From positions 6,200,001 through 6,264,000 of the forward strand of contig CM030332.1 of NCBI GenBank assembly GCA_017654855.1: 64,000 nucleotides of DNA, in the 5' to 3' direction. This DNA comes from Podospora anserina. Lineage: Eukaryota. The notes under the pieces are model-generated. The model was not told the origin of the DNA, ran no database searches, and saw only the letters and a list, made by a program, of their open reading frames with translations. How positions within the stretch are numbered: the stretch's first letter is position 1; every line of letters begins with the position of its first letter. A program made the translations under genes and the position numbers. This document shows positions 49,183-60,180 of the stretch, one piece after another.

Positions 49183-51718
49183 CTAGGTGTCCTCCAGCTG
49201 GTCCCTAATCGCTCTCTGGGGGGACTTCTGTACGGAAGAGAGAGTTGTCGGCTGGACAGGAGATCTGGGAGGTGTCGGGTTGTTGACTGCCAGTGCTTCA
49301 ACAGTCGTAGACCTGGCAGGCTGGACGACACTAGGAGGAGGTGGGCCAGGAGAAAGGATAGCGGACAAACGACTGTCAGCAGACGCATCCATCCGTGAGA
49401 GAGCAATCTTCATGGCATCCTGGAGGATCTGCGCAAAGACTTCCTTGACCTCATCAGGTTTGGTAAGCACCTTATCTGCTACCTCTTGGACAATTGCCGT
49501 GTAGCCGGAAAACGGCGTGTCCGGGGTGTATGACGATGGGGCCTTTGTCGACACAGGCTCCGGAGCTGACGCCATGGTAGGCTCGACAACAGTGGTGACA
49601 GGAGACTTGCGCACCGGGGATCTGGGAGTCTGAAATTCGGGAGCCGGAGTCGCGGCGGGAGGCTGGTGAATGCTGATCAGGGGTTTGTGATGCTGAAAAG
49701 CTGGCTCAATAACAGTCTTCTCCTTTTCCTTGTTAAATTTGGCTTCGTTGAGGAGAGCCTGTTGCAACGCAAACTCATCAGCGCGCTCCTCAGCTGGAAA
49801 CACCACACCGTCACGTCCGACATTGACCGGCGCCTGCTGAATTGGATAAACCGGGGATTGGTTCTGTTTCTCAAACCAAAGAGATGGCGGTTCCTCAACC
49901 TTGGCCACTTCCTTACCCTTGCCCTTGTCGACATAGACCGGAGCAACTGGGCTCGGGAAAAAGACCTCGAGGGACGGGCTGCTGGTATCAATCGCCCCCA
50001 GGATTTCCATGTTACGACTATCGCCGAAACCAATGGCGGCAAGCCAGCGAGAGCTGGCCTTGAGGACGTCTTTGTCTTGCAGAAGCAAGCCGAGTTGCAA
50101 ATCCTTGACTTGGGTAATAAAGTCCGTAACACTGCTGTTGACGAAAATTTTCACGTTGGCAGTATCGGTGCCATCGTTCGCAAACTTCATGGCAATGCAA
50201 GCCGAGAGCCAGCGCGATGCACGCAAGAATCGCACAACTTTGTAGTCATGTCGTCTCTCTCTAGGACGAACGGCGACTTGATCAAACAGGTTGTGCGCTT
50301 CGCCAAACGCCGCAGCATGCCTCTTGTAAAAGGCGTCATCCTGATCGTAGCCGTCGTTCCAGTAACGGCACTTCAGATTGCCAGGCATCGGTAGATGCAG
50401 TGCCTTGGCAACACAGTGAGCCAGTTTCATGGAGGAGGCTCGATAATCGAGTGCATCGAAAACTTGCTTGAAGTGGTCATCGTCAGGGTTGGGGTGCTCC
50501 GTGAAGCCGCGGTACAGCTCCTGCGTCATTCCGGCTGTCTTCTTGTTCCAGTCGCCGGGACAGGTGCTGAGCTCAATGTCAATGAGGTAGCACAAGTGAA
50601 AGAGCTGCGAGCTGCGTTCTCCTCCGAACGCTTCTCCGAAAAACTCCACGCGCCGGACATCCTCGTAAAGAGGGCGATCCATGAACCTCGGGCCCCAGTC
50701 TTTCAGTGGCACACCGATTCTGGGGGCGAGAATCTCCCAAGGGTCGGGCCCATTCACCACGGCTGTGTGGCGGCTAGCGAAAGGCGAGAATCCGTGCTCC
50801 AAGATTTCGTGAACTCGGCCCTGGAGGTGATGTAGAAAGTTCTTCTGTTCCACGGTGGGAGAAAGCGGCATGAGGTCGTCATACCGTGCGATGTCTTGAT
50901 GCTCTCGGGCTAACAGAGGCGACTGACGACTGGTAAAGACTTTCATGAATGTGTCCGCAAAAGCTCCTCCCGAAGATCTCGCGATCAACTCCATGGCCTT
51001 GGTGGCGGAACATCTCGACGGCCCCATGAGACTAGGCCGGCAGTTCCAACCCCCAGTAAACGCAGAAGGGGTCAACAAGGTGACGGGAAGATTGGGGTTT
51101 CCCGTGGCTTCCGCGATAGTTCTACAGATTTCTTCTGTAGTTAAGAATTTCTTCTCGCCGAAGTCAATGCAAATATCATGCTCGGGGGTGACAGGCGTGA
51201 ACATGAAAATAACCAAGGGGACGTTCTTGGAGGCAGCAGACTTGGCACTGTCGCCAATCTGCGTGAGAAGAACGTTGAGAAATCCGGCATTGTTGGCTGG
51301 AACAGTGGTAATCTGGTCACCGTTGGGGCCAAAGATCTTTCTGCGCATAGGGCTCCCAGGACCTGCATCCAATTTGGTGGAAACATTCTCAAGGAAGCAG
51401 TGCAAATCGAGAGAGCTCAGCCAAGTCTGTTTTGGACATATCAGTACTCGACACTAGTCATCGAATCATCAGAAGCCAATGTCATCAACGTACATGATCA
51501 CTTGGACGACCAAGACCGTAGCAGCCGACTTTATAGGCAAGAAAGTCGGCAACTATCCAGCCGTATTTGTCAGCTTTGGCGTAATTGTCGGCAACACCGC
51601 AGACACCGAGAATCTCGGTGTTTTTGCTGATGGGGAAGTCGGGAGGCGCATGGAGAATGAGCTGAACCTCGGACATGGCCGCCAATGGGTCGGTCACGTA
51701 AGGGCCCAAGGATCCCAT
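49183..51718 (-). CDS. Hypothetical protein (~822 aa; ~874 aa if the UAG at 49185-49183 is recoded); exons 51718-51494 and 51426-49183
   Basis: 67-nt GTACGT..CTGAT..CAG intron joins the 77-aa and 740-aa ORFs in frame (...RPSDH/TWLSSLDLHCF). Confidence 0.8.
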
Positions 51719-53338
51719 CTCGCCTGATAATAGTGTCAGTCACGTTATCTGAAGCCGAAAGTCGGATGGAAGCCGAAATGAACGGAAATATACGGCTTAC
51801 AATTGACTGGCTCTTGGCCGTCAACTCTAAAACAGTAGAGGTCGCAGAATGCGATGGGAAGAGAGAAAGAAGGGGGTTTTTCGAGAGAGGATGGTGCCCA
51901 CCAGTGGTAGGTTGACTGCTTGGGTTCTCTCTGCCAAGTGTCTGGATCAGGGAGAAGGGAATGTGAACCGATTTTGCAGTTTGAGCAGGTGGCACTGTCC
52001 TGAATTGTGGCAGTGGGAAGTGGAAGGGAGAAGGCGGGGCGAGGAAGAGAAGAAGGTCAGTGGAGAGAGTGGAAGCCGAGAGTAGAAGAGGGAAGGAGCT
52101 GGGGACTGAAGTCGCAAAGCAGCTGAGGGTTGTAGTGGGAGTAAGAAGGCAGGTGCAACCAGGGTGGTTTTCACCTTGACGACGACAATATCAGCGGGGT
52201 TATTTTTGACAGGACTTCGGGAAGGTACGGGAGCAGGGCAAGCCGTTCATTATGGCAGGTACCTTGGAGGACAGGCAGGCACAGAGTTTGTTTGCAACAT
52301 ACCTAACCTTAACCTAAAGTGCACAAGAAAACCTTCATCATGGAGTTACCTAGAACTTGCCAAGTTGTTTGCACATGGTAAGCATGGAGACAAGCCACAA
52401 GGCTAACATAGTTCAACGACAACAAACGAGAGCTGCGGTCTGCACATACACAATTGCATCTACAGCGGCAGCATGCGTCAAGCATCCATCAGATACTGAC
52501 ATTGACGAACACTGATAAGTAGACTCAGACCTCGATGTCCAGGACATAACCTTTTTCAATCCTGATACCTGTGTCCATCTGGTCAAACTTCGTTTTTACT
52601 ACAAAAGATCAAGAGAGTCTTCAATCTGGTCTGAAACGGGCGGAAAGAAAGAAAGATGCCCAGCTCTGAAGACGGAATGCACTCCAAGGTCGTTCACTTG
52701 TTCACTGTATTCAAAGTCATTCACACATGGGTTAAGTTGTTGGTAGATAGATTGCATATTGTGACGGAACTCACAGATACTCAAAAACACCGGCTTGGGC
52801 ACTAGACTCTATGAATGACCGACTTATTGAGCCTCAATCTCAATCCTTATACTATGTTCTCTCCGAAATCCTCTTCGATAATTGTAGTCTAGAACTTCGG
52901 ATGTCTTTCCGAGACACAAGGGAAGTTCGGGACTGGTCCCCGATCGACGGACCCTGGATCGCCAAGATGAATCTAACTGATGATCACCCTCCAATCAAAG
53001 GTCACGAAAGCAGTGGCGTTATCGGCTAGGTCTTGGCAAGTGGAGGGGAGCTCAACGACCTCGCATCGTCTGGTAAAATGATAGAATTTAGAAACATCAT
53101 TGCGTCTTATTATATCTCGCACACCTCAGGGTTGACTGCCTGTGAGAGGGTATAGTTCGTGTTTCTGGTGACTATACTGGGAAGACGGAGAACATTGCTT
53201 CGTTAGTCCCGCATTTTCTCATCCTCCAGATTCCCCACAGTCACCCCGCATTAAGCTCTCTGAGCTCCGAGCTTACGACTATCAAAGGAAGTCTTGTCAT
53301 TGAGCTCAGTGAGACATTCTCACCACCGAGCCTCCCCA

Positions 53339-55000
53339 ATGGCGTCTCCAACCGAGGACCTCTCCCACATCCCCCTGGAAACCCGATCCATCATCACCAC
53401 CGAATCCTCAGATGGCATCCCCTTCCCCGCCTCCCCCATCCCTCACACCCACCGCACCTGGGCTCGGACCTTCAGCTCTCGCCCTGAAGTCTACCTCCAG
53501 CCTTCCACCCTCCCTCAAATAACCAAAATCACTAACCTTGCTCGCCGCTGCCGTCGCCGTCTGGTTGTTGTCGGATCCGGGCACTCCCCTTCGAACCTCA
53601 CATGCACCTCCTCTTGGATGGTCAACCTGGACAAATACTCTCGTGTCCTCTCGATTGACCCCACCACCGGCATTTGTGTGCTCCAATCCGGCATCAGACT
53701 ATGGCAGCTCAGCGAGGCCCTCAACAAGGAAGGCCTCGCCCTCCCCAGCATGGGAAGCATCAACGAGCAGTCCATCGCCGGCGCCATCTCTACTGGTACT
53801 CACGGCAGCTCCCTCAAGCACGGCCTGATTTCCGAAGGAGTGGAATCCCTCAAGATTGTCCTCGCCAACGGTGAAGAAGTCTTCTGCTCACCAACAGAGA
53901 GATCGGATCTCTTCCGCGCTGCCTTGCTCAGCTTGGGAGCCATCGGCATCGTCACCGAGGTGACATTCAGAGCGGTCAAGGCGTTCAGTTTGGCATGGGA
54001 GCAATCGATTGACTCCGACAGCAAGCTGTTTGCCGAGTGGGAGTCCAAACTTTGGAAACAATCCGAGTTTGTCAGGGTGTGGTGGTTCCCCTACATGAGA
54101 AGGGCGGTAGTTTGGAAGGCGGACAAGGTGGATGAGAATGATTTGGACACGGGGGTGGTGAAGAACTATGATCCGCCCACGAGCTTTCAGGACAGCAAGA
54201 TTGGGTATTTTGTCTACCACAACTTGCTGGCGTTAGCGAGGTGGTTCCCTAGGATTACTCCGTGGGTGGAGTGGTTTGTTTTTGGGCTGCAGTATGGGTT
54301 TGGGAATGGGGAGACGACAACTACGCGGGCGGTGCAGCCGAGTTACAAGGCTTTCTTGTTGAACTGTCTGTACAGTCAGTTTGTGAATGAGTGGGCTATT
54401 CCGCTTGCGAAGGGACCGGAGGCGCTGCAGAGATTGGCGGCTTGGTTGCATAGACTGCAGCCCGGGGATGAGGGGTATGTTGAGCATAAGATTCCTTTCA
54501 GTGCGGAGGGTCTCTGGGTGCACAGTCCGGTTGAGGTCAGGGTCAGCGATACCACTGTCAAGACCAGCGGCGAAAGGGGAAACAGGCCTTGGTTGGATAT
54601 CACTCCTGAGGATGGACCGGCGTTGTATCTCAACGCGACGATGTACCGACCTTACCACAAGGACCCAAGCTACAATGCGACGGAAAGGTACTACGAGGCT
54701 TTTGAGTGGTTGATGAGAGATCTGGGCGGAAAGCCACATTGGGCAAAGACATTTGCTGTCACGCCGGACGAGTTTGCGAGCAAGCAGTGGTATGGTGAGA
54801 ATTTCCACCAGTTCAGGAAGGTGAGAGATGAGGTCGACCCTCTGGGCATGTTCGTTGGACCATGGCAGCGCAAGTTCTTGCTGGGAGAGCCGGCGGAGGA
54901 GAAGGATAGGCTTGCTTTGGAAGAAGTTGGGTTTGAGCAGAAGCCTGCGAAGGAGGGTGGTTATGTTGTGACGGGGCACCAAAATGTGGTTGTCGCATGA
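53339..55000 (+). CDS. alo1: D-arabinono-1,4-lactone oxidase (FAD_binding_4 + ALO domains)
   Basis: TWARTF, VVGSGHSPS (covalent FAD His), GSINEQSIAGAISTGTHGS, PVEVR, YLNATMYRPY, GGKPHWAK. Confidence 0.95.
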   Translation: MASPTEDLSHIPLETRSIITTESSDGIPFPASPIPHTHRTWARTFSSRPEVYLQPSTLPQITKITNLARRCRRRLVVVGSGHSPSNLTCTSSWMVNLDKYSRVLSIDPTTGICVLQSGIRLWQLSEALNKEGLALPSMGSINEQSIAGAISTGTHGSSLKHGLISEGVESLKIVLANGEEVFCSPTERSDLFRAALLSLGAIGIVTEVTFRAVKAFSLAWEQSIDSDSKLFAEWESKLWKQSEFVRVWWFPYMRRAVVWKADKVDENDLDTGVVKNYDPPTSFQDSKIGYFVYHNLLALARWFPRITPWVEWFVFGLQYGFGNGETTTTRAVQPSYKAFLLNCLYSQFVNEWAIPLAKGPEALQRLAAWLHRLQPGDEGYVEHKIPFSAEGLWVHSPVEVRVSDTTVKTSGERGNRPWLDITPEDGPALYLNATMYRPYHKDPSYNATERYYEAFEWLMRDLGGKPHWAKTFAVTPDEFASKQWYGENFHQFRKVRDEVDPLGMFVGPWQRKFLLGEPAEEKDRLALEEVGFEQKPAKEGGYVVTGHQNVVVA

Positions 55001-55711
55001 GTGTTTGTGTTAGAGGCAGATAACACGGAGTTTGGCTCGCTGCATTAAATGACGTAGTCGCTGGAGCTTCAATCGACATATCAAAGAAATCGTGGTCTCT
55101 TCTTCAAAAGTGAAGCTATCCCAGTGTTCGAGGCACAGTTTCCCGGTTTAGAGATCTCCGGCTGCGGGTCGCCCCGCCTACTGCACGGACCACAGGTTAT
55201 GCTTGGCGTGCCCCGCGTCAAAACGTTCACTTGGTCAACGGCCATGATCTCATCCCATCAAAACAGACTTCCAAATTGGATTACACGGGATGAAACACGG
55301 CGTAACACAGACGGTGTCTGAATTCGGAAGAACAAGATCACGGCGCTAGGGAGTTGGTTAGTTAGCTGCAGTCTAGACAGATGATCGCAACAAGCCTCAT
55401 TTACCAGCTCTTGACGAATATGCAGGGCGTCGTCGTTTGATGGGGAAAAGTGGTGGCTGGTGTTCCCGTCGCCCAACCACCAGCTCCCACGCCATCCTCT
55501 TGGCTCTCCCAGGGACAAGCCCAACCTCTCCAGAAAACAACATGAAGCACGGCAGTCCCTGGTTTCCTGCGTTTTTCTTTCTTGTGCATCTTGCATGATG
55601 ACATGACGCGCCTCTTCCCTCCTTTCCATCCTGTTTTCGCATCCATCACGATCCAATTGGCCGTGTCACCTGTGGGTTTCTGTTTCTGAGCGAGAAGCGC
55701 CCCATTCTTGT

Positions 55712-58522
55712 TTGCGCTCCGATTCGCAGAAGAGACATGAGCTTCCAGAACAACAAACAGCAGCAGCCTCGTGTGTACACCGACAAACCCCACCACCCTC
55801 GATTGGATTGCCTTGCTCACGGCCAATTTTAGGAACACATCTGCAGTACAATCTTGCACAGCAACAACATCCAAGATCACACTCAAATTCTTCTTCCGAA
55901 GTCACACCTCCACAGCGGGACGAGGGGCATGCAGCATCTGCCTCTCATCCCAGCTCCCTCCCACCACCACCACCACCACAAACACAAACACAATTCTCTC
56001 ACTTCACAGCCCGGCCTACATCGACAACCACCTATTCGGAGCCGGATTACGGAGCGGACCAAATTCACAACCCTCCCTCTGTCGCGCGCGCACATGGACA
56101 GCCCGTCATAGTAGAGGGACCTTATCTTCGTGGGACAAACATGGCTTCACCGCCAGGATATCAGCAGCCCGACTGGGAGCCTGCCTTCAACGCCAGGATG
56201 TTGACAGATTTCAGAGAGGACCTTGCCCGAATGGACGGAGTCATAACACCAGGAGTAGACGACACTCCATATATTCACCAAGCGATTGAAGCACTCACTC
56301 GCCGTGATCGCGATACTGGTTATTCCGCAAATGAGTCTTCGAGCAGTGACAGCGCACAGGCTGGACCGTCGATATATCCGAACCAACCACACCGACAGGT
56401 TTACCAACACCCTCAGCAAACGCCACGACCTATCTCCACGGGACCAATTCAGGAGGGGGATGAAGTGCTGCAACCACCTAATCCACAATTTTCGAAACCA
56501 AATCCAGCCGCTTCCGCCGACTCGCTTGCCGAAAGTTTGCTCAAAGGCGCTAGGAAACCTGCGCAGCCTCATGAATGGAGACCAGTGGAGAGGGAGGAGA
56601 TTCTCAACAGAACTGGGGAATGGAAGGCCCAGGGAGTACCGCCACTTACTTTTAGGCCATGGCCATTACGAGCACCCGCTTTGTTTGGGTTCATGGCCAT
56701 GTGTGTGCTGATGATCGCGGCTCTTGCCTTTGGTGCTGTTTGGTCACATCAAAAGCAGGGGTTAGTTGGTTGGGACGACATCGTGGGCGGCCGGTATTTC
56801 GTCTTTAGGATCCTCCCGCAACTAATCGGGGCTGTCTTCCTGCTCTATGCGCAGTTCATCATCACAACCATCTTCCGGATCCTACCGTTTGTGCGGTTAG
56901 CTTCTCACGACCCTCAGGTCCGTGATGGTGCGGTATACCAGAGACTCTACCCTTCGTTTCTCTGGCCGAAGTTTGTCGGACCGTGGAATGTCTGGGTGCC
57001 GATCTTTGCTACTTGGCTGATGAACTTTACCATCCCGCTTCAGAGCTCGCTTTTTACGGTTATTCTTGCGGAAGAGGGGGAGGAGAGACAGTGGGTTTGG
57101 GCCACATGTCAAGGTGTGGCTTGGGCCTTGGTAGGGTTATACCTGTTGTTGCTCATTTCAACAATCATCGTCTGGAGATTCTGGGCAACTACCGAAAAGA
57201 CCGGTCTGATTTGGGACCCTCGATCTCTGGCCGATTACATCGCCATCGTCTCCGAAACCAACACCGCGACCGACTATCGCGGTACTCAACTCGCCCGCGG
57301 AATAGAGGGCATCCGCTTCGCCCTCCGCCGCCGTGCTCACGATAGGCTAGGGTACTGGACCTGGAAAGATGGTCGCCCGGGTTTCTGGCATACTCTTGGG
57401 AGCCCCATGGATAACGAGTCCAACCTCCTTCCCTTTCCGGATGTCACCAGCGGTCAAAGAATGGAGAAACAACCATTCAACAACCAAAGCCCCCTAATCG
57501 AAAACCCCGATCACCATCCCGACCTCGAAACCTCGGACCCGAACGCCACAATCCGACACAGATACCTCCCCTGGTCTTTGCGAACAAGCCAACTCCTCTG
57601 GTTCATCATCGCGAGCGTTATCCTCCTTGCCGCCCTCTTTGTCGTCTCCTTCCTCCCATCAACTCGTATAAGCAAGGGCTTCACCCCCGGATTGCGCGCC
57701 GACCCCCAACCAGGCGCGTTCTCCGCCGCGGATTTCCTCTACGCGTTTGTCCCCTCCCTGTTGGGGATGATGCTGTTCCTCAGCTTCCAGCACATAACCA
57801 CCCACTTCCTCATCCTCACGCCCTGGGCGGCACTATCTTCCCGCGGCGGTTGCCGAGCGGAAGAGGGACTCCTAGTCGACTACCCAGCCTGCCTCCCCCT
57901 CGAATCCAGCTTCAAAGCCCTGAGGAACAAGCATTTCCGCGCGGCGTTTCTGTCGTTCAGCTCAACTTTGTTTCTGGCGATCCCGGTCCTGGCAGGGGGG
58001 ATGTTTATGGCCTTGACGAAACTATCCAGAACGAGAAGGGAAGAAGACGGGGTGGTGGTCGAGGACTGGGAGCAAGAGGTGAGGATGTATGCTAACATGC
58101 CTGCTTATACTCTTTTGCTGGCGGTGCTGGGGCTGTATCTCGTGGCGTTGGTGAGTCTTGTGCCAAAGAGGAAGGAGGTGGGGATGCCGCATGGGGTTGG
58201 GTGTCTGGCGGAGGTGGCGGGGTATCTTGTGAACAACGAGTTGAGGGAGGAGCTGGCTTTCAAGAGGTGTGTCAACAAGGAGGAGCTTCTGGAACGGATG
58301 GGTGCGGGGGGGAGGGGGAATGGGGGGATTGATATGAGTCCGAGGTGGTATTTCGGGTTTGGGGGGGAGGGGGTGGCGGGTGTGCCGCTTATTGGGGGGG
58401 AGCAGCAGCAAAATGGGGGGATGGAGAGTGAGCTTGGGATTAGGAGGTTGAGGAGGTTTACTGAGAAGAGGAGGGTTAGGAAGAGCATGATTAGGAGGGG
58501 GAATGATGGGTTGTCGTTGTGA
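55712..58522 (+). CDS. Multi-pass membrane protein of DUF3433 type; start uncertain (first ATG 56141; possible acceptor at 55729)
   Basis: 936-codon ORF with two hydrophobic modules (RILPFVRLA...; LTPWAALS...LLVDY), TGLIWDPRSLAD, MPHGVGCLAE. Confidence 0.8.
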   Translation: MRSDSQKRHELPEQQTAAASCVHRQTPPPSIGLPCSRPILGTHLQYNLAQQQHPRSHSNSSSEVTPPQRDEGHAASASHPSSLPPPPPPQTQTQFSHFTARPTSTTTYSEPDYGADQIHNPPSVARAHGQPVIVEGPYLRGTNMASPPGYQQPDWEPAFNARMLTDFREDLARMDGVITPGVDDTPYIHQAIEALTRRDRDTGYSANESSSSDSAQAGPSIYPNQPHRQVYQHPQQTPRPISTGPIQEGDEVLQPPNPQFSKPNPAASADSLAESLLKGARKPAQPHEWRPVEREEILNRTGEWKAQGVPPLTFRPWPLRAPALFGFMAMCVLMIAALAFGAVWSHQKQGLVGWDDIVGGRYFVFRILPQLIGAVFLLYAQFIITTIFRILPFVRLASHDPQVRDGAVYQRLYPSFLWPKFVGPWNVWVPIFATWLMNFTIPLQSSLFTVILAEEGEERQWVWATCQGVAWALVGLYLLLLISTIIVWRFWATTEKTGLIWDPRSLADYIAIVSETNTATDYRGTQLARGIEGIRFALRRRAHDRLGYWTWKDGRPGFWHTLGSPMDNESNLLPFPDVTSGQRMEKQPFNNQSPLIENPDHHPDLETSDPNATIRHRYLPWSLRTSQLLWFIIASVILLAALFVVSFLPSTRISKGFTPGLRADPQPGAFSAADFLYAFVPSLLGMMLFLSFQHITTHFLILTPWAALSSRGGCRAEEGLLVDYPACLPLESSFKALRNKHFRAAFLSFSSTLFLAIPVLAGGMFMALTKLSRTRREEDGVVVEDWEQEVRMYANMPAYTLLLAVLGLYLVALVSLVPKRKEVGMPHGVGCLAEVAGYLVNNELREELAFKRCVNKEELLERMGAGGRGNGGIDMSPRWYFGFGGEGVAGVPLIGGEQQQNGGMESELGIRRLRRFTEKRRVRKSMIRRGNDGLSL

Positions 58523-59661
58523 GGTGGGGGTTGGCTTTTGGGATTGTTTGGAGTTTTGGGAGGATACCACGGTTGATACATTTTTTTTGGAACATTTGCG
58601 AAACATGGCGAATGTGAAAGGGGAGGGGGGAAAGATACTCGAAAATTGTTAGATACCAGGAAGATGGAAGGGTATAATGTCTGAATGTTGGTCAATGTAT
58701 GAGAATGGAATGGAATGGAATGGCGGTGGGATGTGTTATGAATAATGTACGGAAATGGGTGGGCATAGTTGGGAGGGAGATTCTTTGTCACATACTACTT
58801 ACTACTTACTCTTGTTAGACATGCCAAAAAAAAAAAGACAGAGCCGAATAAATGGTAGATATCTCTCTGATGAATTGGTCTTTGCATTTGGTTGGTGTGC
58901 ATTAAATCAGTAGTCTGCAGATCCCACGAGCTGGCTGGGTGAGTTATCCTCCAATATCAACGAGAATTCCTAGCTCCATGACCTTGGTGAGGAGGGGAAT
59001 AAGCCGGTTCGACGAATCAGGATAGGCACGCATGAGCTTTTCAAAAACATATGATACTTTGATTTGCTAAACATTTACCATGCCCAGCGGTAAGATCCAT
59101 GTAAGGCGTCATGATAAAACCCTTCCACCACGCCAACTTCTTTTCAGACATTAACAACAAAAACGTAGTAATAATACCAATCAGCCGCGAGGCCTGTCCT
59201 GTCATATTCCCTTCTCCCACCTATACCGATTCGCCCCCTCTTTCCATTTGCCGCGAGGCATCCTTGCCCGTCTTTTTGAATTAAATAAGTTTTGTAAGCT
59301 CAAGATTATGGGTTGATCAACCCATTAGCATAAAAGTGATTGCTTCAGCCCATCCCCTTTTACACCATGCAAGGGGTATAATATGCAGCCTTATGTGCTT
59401 TTTGGGAGGGGTGTATCATCACCTTGCTGCCTGTCTCCCTTCCGACCGCCATATGTTTGGAAATGATGCTGGTACTGTTTGTCCCCCATCACTCCCAAAG
59501 ATGTGATAAAACGTAGTATGTTGATGAATATGTAAACAAGCCGTGTGCTCTCAAGAGTGAGCCTGAATTGTTATCCTTGTCCTGCGATTGGCCGTGTGAC
59601 CCGAGTATTCCTTTTTCTTTATCCAGTCCATGGCGAAGCGGCGGAACCACCTCCACTATTA

Positions 59662-60180
59662 TCATGTCCGATGTCGATGTGACCGATGCCCACGATCCCG
59701 TCTCGACGACCCACCGCCGCCTGACCGCTCCAGCTCACGCTCCAACTCCTCAGCACGCCGGCGATAGTCCCTAACAATATCCCGGATATGTCTGATGCGG
59801 TCAAAGTCCAGCTCGAGCTCGTCTATCTGCGCCATGATGTCGTGGTAGCGCGCAATCTCGGCATCGGCATTGTCGATGAGCTGACCACTCTGGTCATAGA
59901 CGCTCAGAGTTACTATTTGCGATTGTTCCATCAGGTACTCGAGCCGCTGCTGAATATGCTGCATGACTCGGTCAAAATGTCGGCCCAGCGCGGACAGAGA
60001 CGAGCTGTCAATCATGAGTAGCCCCTGCGAAGACGCCCTGCTCGCGGCGCGGGAGGACGAGGACCCAGCTGCCGCCACTGCCTGCTGTCCATGTCGAAGG
60101 ATTTGAATCTCGTCTTCTGTCAGCCCTAGTTGCGTGTCGGGTACGGCATTCGTGGACGGTTGTTGCGACGACGACGACAT
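59662..60180 (-). CDS. cnl1: BLOC-1 subunit Cnl1-like coiled-coil protein, 172 aa
   Basis: GCCGCCATG; VPDTQLGLT.DEIQILR, SRAASRASSQGLL..D..SL..L..HFDR, IDELELDFDRIRHIRDIV; ends TGA TAA TAG. Confidence 0.75.
   Translation of the reverse strand: MSSSSQQPSTNAVPDTQLGLTEDEIQILRHGQQAVAAAGSSSSRAASRASSQGLLMIDSSSLSALGRHFDRVMQHIQQRLEYLMEQSQIVTLSVYDQSGQLIDNADAEIARYHDIMAQIDELELDFDRIRHIRDIVRDYRRRAEELERELERSGGGGSSRRDRGHRSHRHRT

Noticed and set aside
59656-59664. TGA TAA TAG triple stop after cnl1
   Set aside because: A curiosity only; tandem stops are common and need no special mechanism
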